From positions 1-42,416 of IMG/VR virus record IMGVR_UViG_3300033233_000074: a stretch of 42,416 nt of DNA. One strand, written 5' to 3'. The position numbers and the translations under genes were made by a program. Of this stretch, positions 35,267 to 42,416 are shown piece after piece; the stretch's first letter is position 1, and the number at the start of each line of letters is the position of its first letter. The stretch comes from a virus. Its lineage: Duplodnaviria > Caudoviricetes. Under the pieces are notes generated by a model that ran no database searches, had not been told where the DNA came from, and saw only the letters and a program-made list of their open reading frames with translations.

Positions 35267-36868
35267 ATGAACTTAAGGCCGTATCAGCAAGAAGCCAAAA
35301 ACGCTATTCAAAATGAATGGCAGAAAGGAATATTGCGCACCCTGTTGGTTTTGCCGACAGGGTGCGGTAAGACTATCGTCTTTAGCAAACTCACAGAGGA
35401 TTGCGTTCGCAATGGTGAGCGAGTTTTAATACTCGCTCACCGTGGCGAACTTCTTGACCAGGCTGCAGATAAACTCTCCAAAGCAACCGGCCTAAAGTGT
35501 GCCACGGAAAAAGCAGAAGAAAGCTGCCTGGGGAGCTGGTACCGGGTAGTTGTCGGTTCCGTTCAGTCCCTAATGCGTGAAAAACGGCTCAAACAGTTTC
35601 CTAGAGATTACTTTGACACCATCATTGTAGATGAAGCCCATCACTGCATTTCAGATAGTTATCAGCGCGTGCTAGGCTATTTTGATACAGCTAAAGTCCT
35701 TGGGGTGACGGCTACTCCGGACCGTGGAGATATGCGGAACCTTGGCCAGTATTTTGAGTCATTAGCCTATGAATACACGCTCCCCAGGGCAATCAAAGAG
35801 GGATATTTGAGCCCGATTAAGGCTTTAACTATACCTCTAAAATTAGATTTAACAGGAGTAGGAGTTCAAGCGGGAGACTTCAAATCCGGGGACCTGGGGA
35901 CAGCTTTAGACCCATATCTTTACCAAATAGCAGATGAGATGGCTAAGTATTGTATGGACCGCAAGACGGTTGTATTCCTGCCGCTTATTAAGACCAGCCA
36001 GAAGTTCAGAGACATACTAAACAGTAAAGGATTCAGAGCTACTGAAGTAAATGGCAGCAGTGTAGATAGAGATCAAATCCTGGTTGACTTTGAAGCCGGA
36101 AAATATAACGTCTTATGCAACTCAATGTTGCTCACAGAGGGATGGGATTGCCCGGCGGTAGATTGTATTGTAGTTCTCCGTCCAACGAAAGTAAGGAGCC
36201 TTTATTGCCAAATGGTCGGGCGCGGTACCCGGCTCCATCCAGGAAAAGATCACTTACTCTTACTTGATTTCTTGTGGCATACCGAGCGCCATGAATTGTG
36301 TCATCCAGCGCATCTTATTTGCGAAAGCGAAGAAGTGGCTAAGAAGATGACTAAGAATATCGAAGAGGCAGGCTGCCCGGTTGATATCGAAGCAGCTGAA
36401 ATCAAGGCGAAAGAGGACGTGATTGCTGAACGTGAAGAGGCCTTGGCCAAGAAACTTGCCGAAATGAAAAACCGCAAGCGTAAACTCGTGGATCCGCTAC
36501 AGTTCGAAATGAGCATCCAAGCGGAAGACCTTGCGAATTACGTTCCAGCATTTGGTTGGGAAATGGGTCCACCAAGCGAAAAGCAGATCCAACGTCTTGA
36601 AAAGCTAGGAATCTTTCCGGATGAAATCGAGACTGCTGGAAAGGCCGCCAAATTACTCGACCGGCTCGATAAACGCAGAATAGAAGGACTTACTACACCG
36701 AAACAAATTCGATTCCTGGAAGGCCGGGGATTCAATCATGTGGGAACTTGGTCCTTTGAAGCCGCTAAAAAGCTCATTGACCGGATTGCGGCCAATGGCT
36801 GGAGAGTGCCACATGACATTAACCCTGCAGAATATAAACCAGACTTCGGTTTTGAATGGGGTGCTTAA
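35267..36868 (+). CDS. DEAD/DEAH-box SF2 helicase
   Basis: PTGCGKT, DEAHH, TAT, QMVGRGTR. Confidence 0.93.
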   Translation: MNLRPYQQEAKNAIQNEWQKGILRTLLVLPTGCGKTIVFSKLTEDCVRNGERVLILAHRGELLDQAADKLSKATGLKCATEKAEESCLGSWYRVVVGSVQSLMREKRLKQFPRDYFDTIIVDEAHHCISDSYQRVLGYFDTAKVLGVTATPDRGDMRNLGQYFESLAYEYTLPRAIKEGYLSPIKALTIPLKLDLTGVGVQAGDFKSGDLGTALDPYLYQIADEMAKYCMDRKTVVFLPLIKTSQKFRDILNSKGFRATEVNGSSVDRDQILVDFEAGKYNVLCNSMLLTEGWDCPAVDCIVVLRPTKVRSLYCQMVGRGTRLHPGKDHLLLLDFLWHTERHELCHPAHLICESEEVAKKMTKNIEEAGCPVDIEAAEIKAKEDVIAEREEALAKKLAEMKNRKRKLVDPLQFEMSIQAEDLANYVPAFGWEMGPPSEKQIQRLEKLGIFPDEIETAGKAAKLLDRLDKRRIEGLTTPKQIRFLEGRGFNHVGTWSFEAAKKLIDRIAANGWRVPHDINPAEYKPDFGFEWGA

Positions 36869-39078
36869 GATTGGATAAGCAGTATGACTTGCTTGAAGTC
36901 TTAAACAATATCGATCCCTCAATCCTCGATTATCAGGATTGGATAAACGTCGGTATGGCCCTAAAAGAGGCAGGTTATACTGCAGCTGATTGGGACGCCT
37001 GGAGCCGACGCGATCCAGCTCGTTACCATGCCGGAGAATGCTTCAAAAAGTGGGATAGCTTTCGCGGCGCCCAGAACCCAGTGACAGCCGGAACTATTGT
37101 GCAGTTGGCCAAAGACCAAGGCTGGCGGCCGGAACGCACTGACAGTTATGAGCTAGGGTGGAACGATATTATCGGTGGCAAAGAGGACCTTGTAGTTATC
37201 AATAAAAACTGGATAGAGGGTCAGGAAGTCGCCGAACCAGAACATTGGGATCCGGTAGCCCAGTTGGTCAAATACCTTGAAACCTTATTTGAGGCCTCCG
37301 AGAATGTCGGATACGTCACAGAGAGCTGGGAAAAAGACGGGAAGTATCTCCCAACAAAGGGGTGCTGGGACAGGACGGCCGGGGAGCTCATCCAACAGTT
37401 AAACCGCTGCAACGGAGACATCGGAGCTGTCATCGGCGACTATAAAGAAGCCGCTGGCGCCTGGATCCGTTTTAACCCGCTGGACGGCAAGGGCATCAAG
37501 AACGAGAACGTAACTGATTTCCGATATGCTCTTGTCGAATCAGATGCTATGGACATCGACCATCAGAACGCCATTATCCGTGAGCTGGAACTGCCGGTTG
37601 CTTGCTTGGTTCATTCCGGCGGAAAAAGTCTACATGCTATTGTCAGGATTGAGGCCGCCAACTACGAAGAGTACCGCAGGCGGGTAGATTACCTTTATAA
37701 CGTCTGCCAAAAGAATGGACTGAAAGTTGACAGCCAGAACCGCAATCCATCACGCCTAAGCCGGATGCCCGGCGTAATGCGCAACGGCCACAAACAATTC
37801 CTTATAGATACCAATATCGGTAAAGCATCCTGGAAAGAATGGCAGGAATGGATTGAAGGCATCAATGACGACCTGCCGGAACCCGAAAATCTTACTTCGG
37901 TTTGGGATAACTTGCCGGAATTATCTCCTCCCCTTATCGACGGCGTACTCCGCCAGGGGCACAAAATGCTTCTGGCAGGGCCGTCAAAGGCCGGGAAGTC
38001 CTATGCCCTTATCGAACTATGCTGTGCCATTGCAGAGGGCAAAAAATGGCTTAACTGGCCATGTGCTCAGGGCAGGGTAATGTACGTCAACCTTGAGTTA
38101 GACCGGGCAAGTTGCTTGCATCGCTTTAAAGATGTGTATGAGGCTCTGGGATGGGAGCCCAAAAATCTTGGGAATATCGATATCTGGAACTTGCGCGGAA
38201 AGTCTGTCCCTATGGATAAACTTGCGCCGAAACTGGTCCGAAGAGCTGCCAAAAAAAACTACACCGCGATTATCATTGACCCCATCTATAAGGTTATCAC
38301 TGGGGATGAAAACTCAGCAGACCAAATGGCACATTTCACGAACCAGTTTGACATCATATGCCATGAATTGAACGCTGCCGTGATTTATTGCCACCATCAC
38401 AGTAAGGGCAGCCAAGGGAACAAGCGAAGCATGGACCGGGCGTCAGGCTCCGGTGTGTTTGCCCGTGATCCTGACGCTTTGCTCGACCTGATTGAGCTAG
38501 AGCTCACAGAGGACCTACTCAAACAGGAAGAAAATAAAGCAGTCTGTAAGGTGTGTGAAGACTGGCTTAAACGGTATGTTCCGAAGTGGGAAGATGAAGT
38601 CTCCCAGGACGACAGGTGCAGTGAAAAAGCCATGCTGGAGGCTTGTGGACGGCTCTTGCAAACCGAGACGAATTACCAGCTGCAGAAGGCGGTCAATGCG
38701 GCGAGAAAGGACGTACGGCGACTTACCGCATGGAGAATTGACGCCACGTTGAGAGAGTTTCCAAAGTTCCCGCCTGTGAATCTTTGGTTTAATTACCCTA
38801 TTCATTACGTGGATGATGTGGGGAGTCTCAAAGATGTAAGCCCCGAAGGCGAGGGGCCAACGTGGAAGAGAAACTTCCCCAAGAAAAAAACACCGGAACA
38901 GCGGAAAAAGGATAAAAAGATCTCCCTTGAAATGGCCTACGAAGCATGTTCATTCGGCGGAAAAGTAACGCTCAAAGCCCTGGCCGAATACATGGGAAAG
39001 TCAGAAGACACCATTCGAAGGAACCTAAAAGAGCATGGAGGTTTTTGGGTAGATGATGGTGAGGTCGGGAAAAAGTGA
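36856..39078 (+). CDS. Primase-helicase (PriCT-2 plus AEP-like plus AAA_25)
   Basis: YQDWINVGMALK, HSGGKSLHA, GPSKAGKS, IIIDP, HHHSKG, C-terminal HTH. Confidence 0.88.
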   Translation: MGCLRLDKQYDLLEVLNNIDPSILDYQDWINVGMALKEAGYTAADWDAWSRRDPARYHAGECFKKWDSFRGAQNPVTAGTIVQLAKDQGWRPERTDSYELGWNDIIGGKEDLVVINKNWIEGQEVAEPEHWDPVAQLVKYLETLFEASENVGYVTESWEKDGKYLPTKGCWDRTAGELIQQLNRCNGDIGAVIGDYKEAAGAWIRFNPLDGKGIKNENVTDFRYALVESDAMDIDHQNAIIRELELPVACLVHSGGKSLHAIVRIEAANYEEYRRRVDYLYNVCQKNGLKVDSQNRNPSRLSRMPGVMRNGHKQFLIDTNIGKASWKEWQEWIEGINDDLPEPENLTSVWDNLPELSPPLIDGVLRQGHKMLLAGPSKAGKSYALIELCCAIAEGKKWLNWPCAQGRVMYVNLELDRASCLHRFKDVYEALGWEPKNLGNIDIWNLRGKSVPMDKLAPKLVRRAAKKNYTAIIIDPIYKVITGDENSADQMAHFTNQFDIICHELNAAVIYCHHHSKGSQGNKRSMDRASGSGVFARDPDALLDLIELELTEDLLKQEENKAVCKVCEDWLKRYVPKWEDEVSQDDRCSEKAMLEACGRLLQTETNYQLQKAVNAARKDVRRLTAWRIDATLREFPKFPPVNLWFNYPIHYVDDVGSLKDVSPEGEGPTWKRNFPKKKTPEQRKKDKKISLEMAYEACSFGGKVTLKALAEYMGKSEDTIRRNLKEHGGFWVDDGEVGKK

Positions 39079-39097
39079 GCAAGCTCAACTTTTGGAC

Positions 39098-39410
39098 CGA
39101 GACGCAAAATCGGTAAATTACCGTATTTGCGGCTCCAAGACGCAAAGTCGGGAAAATACCGAAGTTGCGCGCAAACTCGGTAAAATATCGATTATGCGGC
39201 TAAGAGACGCAAAATCGGTATTTTTGCAAATGCGTTTTTGCGGCTCTAAGACGCAAAAGCCGCAAAATCGAAAAATGCGTTTTGCGGCTATCAGACGCAA
39301 AATCGAAAATTTCCGAGTTTGCAACTCATAGACGCAAAATCGAAAAAACACCGATTTTGCGTGAGACGCACGCAACCTATATTACTACGTAATATAGGTT
39401 TTGCGTTTGC
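39098..39410. repeat. Putative replication origin: iterons plus palindrome
   Basis: At least six copies or variants of AGACGCAAAATCG, inverted TTTTGCG copies, and palindrome ACCTATATTAC-tac-GTAATATAGGT, directly after the primase-helicase gene. Confidence 0.8.
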
Positions 39411-39537
39411 AACTAGGGCAAGGGTGTGTGTGGGTGGGCTCAAAGTTGCCCGCCCACACCACACACCTTCCTTGCCTAAACGCACGAATTATAAAACTAA
39501 AAAGAGGATGGATAAAAATGGATGAGGGAACTGGAAA

Positions 39538-39942
39538 ATGAGGACTGAATTTTTCGTGCCGATGGTCCCACCAACGAAAACTCACCAGGAGAAGAAAGTC
39601 AGGGTGGTGAACGGCAAGCCGATATTTTACGAGCCGGATGAACTGAAGGCGGTTCGCTTAAAACTACAAACCCATTTAGCTAAATACGCGCCAGAGAAAA
39701 AATATACCGGGCCCGTCAGGTTGATAGCCAAATGGTGTTTCCCGATAACGGGCAAGCATCAAGACGGCGAGTACAAAGCCACCAGGCCGGACACTGACAA
39801 CCTACAAAAAATGCTGAAGGATGTTATGACAGGCCTGGGATACTGGACGGATGACGCACTGGTGGCCAGCGAGATCATTGAGAAGTTTTGGGCAAGGATT
39901 CCGGGGATCTACATCGTGATTGAGGATCTTGAAAGCTGGTGA
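39538..39942 (+). CDS. rusA: RusA-family Holliday junction resolvase
   Basis: RPDTDNLQKMLKD...WTDDA. Confidence 0.9.
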   Translation: MRTEFFVPMVPPTKTHQEKKVRVVNGKPIFYEPDELKAVRLKLQTHLAKYAPEKKYTGPVRLIAKWCFPITGKHQDGEYKATRPDTDNLQKMLKDVMTGLGYWTDDALVASEIIEKFWARIPGIYIVIEDLESW

Positions 39943-39946
39943 TGGT

Positions 39947-40315
39947 ATGCAAGAAAAGCCAAGACATCCTGGGGATCCACGAAAAGACCTTGCAACAGAT
40001 CATCGGCTCTGGAAAGACCTGCTTTGGAATTGCTGGCACTTGCAAATAGACCTGTATTATTTGCTTCATGGTATCAGATGTGGGGGGGCAGAACTCACGC
40101 TGACACAAAACAGTTACCGGCTAATGCCCGGTGAATGGAGCGAAAGCGAATGGGAAGACATTAAGCGAAAGCATCTTGACCCGATACGAGAAAAGCTAAT
40201 TAATATCTTGAAGCTCACTAGGTTCGGGAAGATTACAGAAGAAACGCTGCCACCTGGGGTATTCGAAGACAAACCTGAATTTATCCTGGTAGAGCAAGAA
40301 AGGATGGTTGGATGA
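39947..40315 (+). CDS. Hypothetical protein
   Basis: 122 aa; DPRKDL...LHGIRCGGA. Confidence 0.7.
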   Translation: MQEKPRHPGDPRKDLATDHRLWKDLLWNCWHLQIDLYYLLHGIRCGGAELTLTQNSYRLMPGEWSESEWEDIKRKHLDPIREKLINILKLTRFGKITEETLPPGVFEDKPEFILVEQERMVG

Positions 40316-40728
40316 ATACCGAAAATGAACATTTTTACCAGATAGGACTCGACATTGGGAATGAGCTTAGAAGCTCAATGGATAAATACCCACTGTTTAA
40401 TTCAGCACACGAAGGTTACGCCGTCATCCTGGAGGAACTTGACGAACTTTGGGACGAGATCAAAAAGCGAAAGCCTGACCGGGAGAAAATGAGGGCCGAA
40501 GCTATCCAGGTAGGCGCCATGGCCATGAAGTTTATCTTGTCGATGGAGAATGGGTGGAAATCAGACTTTCGGATTCTGAATGAGGAAAAACTGTTGGAGT
40601 TTGAGGCTAAATGTCAGCAATGCCGGTACACGACCATGACTAAAGAGGACATTGAACAACTTGGACATGATCCATGTGACACATGCATTGGTCTATCAAA
40701 CTGGATGGCAAAGGAGGTCGAGAGCTAG
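40312..40728 (+). CDS. MazG-like nucleotide pyrophosphohydrolase-type protein
   Basis: SAHEGYAVILEELDELWDE...EAIQVGAMA; C-terminal Cys pairs. Confidence 0.65.
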   Translation: MNTENEHFYQIGLDIGNELRSSMDKYPLFNSAHEGYAVILEELDELWDEIKKRKPDREKMRAEAIQVGAMAMKFILSMENGWKSDFRILNEEKLLEFEAKCQQCRYTTMTKEDIEQLGHDPCDTCIGLSNWMAKEVES

Positions 40729-40768
40729 TGTGTCAATGCAGGCAGCAAGAAGTCAAGAGGTGAATTCG

Positions 40769-41257
40769 ATGGAAGAGCGCGATCAAGCCTTAGCGGATGC
40801 CGCATTTCAGGTAGCCGAGAGATGGCTTTATAATTATAACCGTTGGCAAGCTGAAGCTTTTATTCTTCGCGATACCCTAGCTGACCATACTGGTAAGGTT
40901 ACGGCGCATCTCGGGAGGATAGGTACAACAGGGGAGCCGGGCGATGGTACATTTTCCCGAACCACAAGCGTCATTGAAGCCGAAGAAAAATTACCTGTGC
41001 TTGAAGCTAAAATTAGGATTCTCAAAGCTGCACTCGACTCGCTAGGGGACGAACTGTTAAAAGTTGTGACATACAAGTATTTTCGTGCTTGGTCAAATCA
41101 ACTATGTTGGGAGCACTTAAGATTGAGCGAAAGAGAGTTTTACAGGGACCGGCGTCAAGCTGTCAGCCAAATTTCGCAGATATTGCTAAACGGAATTTTG
41201 TTTAGGATGGAAGTCGAAGAGAAGCTAAATCGCAACAGGGAGCTGGTCAAAAAGTAG
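40769..41257 (+). CDS. RinA/ArpU-family late transcriptional activator
   Basis: GAGGTG RBS; C-terminal HTH LSEREFYRDRRQAV; last gene of the replication module. Confidence 0.8.
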   Translation: MEERDQALADAAFQVAERWLYNYNRWQAEAFILRDTLADHTGKVTAHLGRIGTTGEPGDGTFSRTTSVIEAEEKLPVLEAKIRILKAALDSLGDELLKVVTYKYFRAWSNQLCWEHLRLSEREFYRDRRQAVSQISQILLNGILFRMEVEEKLNRNRELVKK

Positions 41258-41259
41258 TA

Positions 41260-41316
41260 TGGCAGGAATTTGGCAGGAATTTGGCAGTACCGTATTGACA
41301 AGCCCATGGTATAATG
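41260..41316 (+). promoter_or_regulatory. Late promoter with activator-binding direct repeats
   Basis: TGGCAGGAATT x2.5 (11-bp period) just after the activator stop, then TGGTATAAT extended -10. Confidence 0.75.
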
Positions 41317-41566
41317 AGCGCAGCGGGAATTCCGCGAGGGGCACTCCTGGTTACTGGATAGGCTCGATGATAAGTCGGGTCTATTTTTTTGGGCCGCCGC
41401 CGGGCTAGGTGATTCGCACCGAAAGCGATTCCCTCCTCGCTGCCCGGCGGGATATGAGGGTGCAAGGAGGCTTTATGCGAGTTTTAGCGTTTATAGTGAT
41501 TATTCTCTTGGTCCTGGGTGCTTACCCAGGATTAATTATTGAGCCGTGGAGAGGAGGCAGATTGCC

Positions 41567-41752
41567 ATGTCGACGATTGGTGATATCCTCAAGCGTAAAC
41601 AGCCCAGGGAGTATGCGTTACTCATGGCGATGTGCCGTGTGGAGGAAAGCGAAGATCCTGACAAGACGTTCCGGGAGATTGAGAACCTCATGCGTCATGA
41701 TGCTTATGTGCGTGGTCGCGGTGGTGCTATTAGGCAAGTGAGGCGGGGATGA
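41567..41752 (+). CDS. Hypothetical protein (61 aa)
   Basis: GAGGAGG RBS; MRHDAYVRGRGGAIRQ tail. Confidence 0.65.
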   Translation: MSTIGDILKRKQPREYALLMAMCRVEESEDPDKTFREIENLMRHDAYVRGRGGAIRQVRRG

Positions 41753-41796
41753 GAAAATAAAAAAGCCCGATATACGGGCTGAGAAACGGAAGTAGC

Positions 41797-42027
41797 TTAA
41801 CCTTTTGGTGGGTATGGGTCGTGTCCATGACTATCCTTTTGACGAATCTTGCCATCTTCTCCGTGAATAATGAGTTCAGAGCCTTGATTTCTAGCGATGT
41901 CGCGAGCAATTTGTATTGCATCTTGTTGAGTTTGCGTTCTCGCTGTTGCATGTTCATTACCTTCGCCCTTAACTTGCCATCCTCCATCGGGATGGGGAGT
42001 AACATGTTGGTTTTTACCCATGGCCAT
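41797..42027 (-). CDS. DUF2188-family protein
   Basis: NQHVTP...WQVKGEG...TQQDAI...IHGEDGKIRQKDSHG-DP-PPKG. Confidence 0.88.
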   Translation of the reverse strand: MAMGKNQHVTPHPDGGWQVKGEGNEHATARTQTQQDAIQIARDIARNQGSELIIHGEDGKIRQKDSHGHDPYPPKG

Positions 42028-42118
42028 CACCTCCCTCCTTTTCCAATTATTGAACATGTTCGACAAGAGCTGTTATTTATCCTTCTTGAGCCGAAAAGAG
42101 AGCTTAGGTTGTGATATT

Positions 42119-42416
42119 ATGCCAAACAAACCGCTAAAACTGTGCGCCAAGCCAGGATGCCCTAAGTTGACCCGAGAACGATTCTGCCCTGAGCACGCGC
42201 AAGCTGAACGTAAGAATTATGACCAAGAACGCGGGTCAGCGGCACAGCGAGGCTACGATGCCAGGTGGAGAAGAGCGCGCAAACAATTTCTTATGCACAA
42301 TCCACTATGCGCCACATGTCAACAGGAAGGCAGGTTGACTCCGGCTACAGTGGTTGACCACGTAGTTCCACATAAGGGAAATTATGATTTATTCTGGAAT
42401 CAAGCCAACTGGCAGC
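42119..42416 (+). CDS. Terminase-associated HNH endonuclease (3'-truncated, not in ORF track)
   Basis: MPNKPLKLCAKPGC...RGYDARWRRAR...HNPLCATC...ATVVDHVVPHKG, running off the window end. Confidence 0.9.
   Translation, partial: MPNKPLKLCAKPGCPKLTRERFCPEHAQAERKNYDQERGSAAQRGYDARWRRARKQFLMHNPLCATCQQEGRLTPATVVDHVVPHKGNYDLFWNQANWQ

Noticed and set aside
39098-39410. CRISPR array, or the short ORFs tracked on both strands
   Set aside because: Irregularly spaced ~13-bp repeats after a primase-helicase gene fit origin iterons; the ORFs are by-products of the repeats.
41395-41452. Second hammerhead (stem followed by GAAA)
   Set aside because: No CUGANGA core is present.
42052-42061. LexA/SOS box GAACATGTTC
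   Set aside because: The spacer is 2 bp, not the 4 bp of the Firmicutes GAAC-N4-GTTC box.

Overview
About 42 kb of a temperate, probably cos-type phage of a spore-forming Firmicutes host (inferred from gene families and promoter types). It appears to be in the excised or virion arrangement: tail end, lysis, a ~14 kb accessory block, an intact attP inside a large serine integrase gene, CI/Cro switch, early genes, replication and recombination, late activator, and a partial terminase-associated HNH. Head genes and most tail genes lie outside the window. Main items of interest: (1) a receptor-binding cassette containing a DGR-type target gene with no TR or RT in the window, bracketed by two related palindromic sites next to a tyrosine recombinase; (2) a ParM/ParR plus pilin-like plus VirD4/HerA-like ATPase module behind sporulation-sigma-like promoters; (3) a SNF2 helicase / PAPS reductase / ParB / methyltransferase operon; (4) a type I hammerhead ribozyme whose core contains a stop codon; (5) a ~206 nt structured RNA candidate; (6) an attP carrying a tmRNA/tRNA-like 3' end inside the integrase ORF; (7) a symmetric 3+3 repeat array with 14-bp period. 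All family calls come from reading motifs by eye; no searches or folding programs were run.
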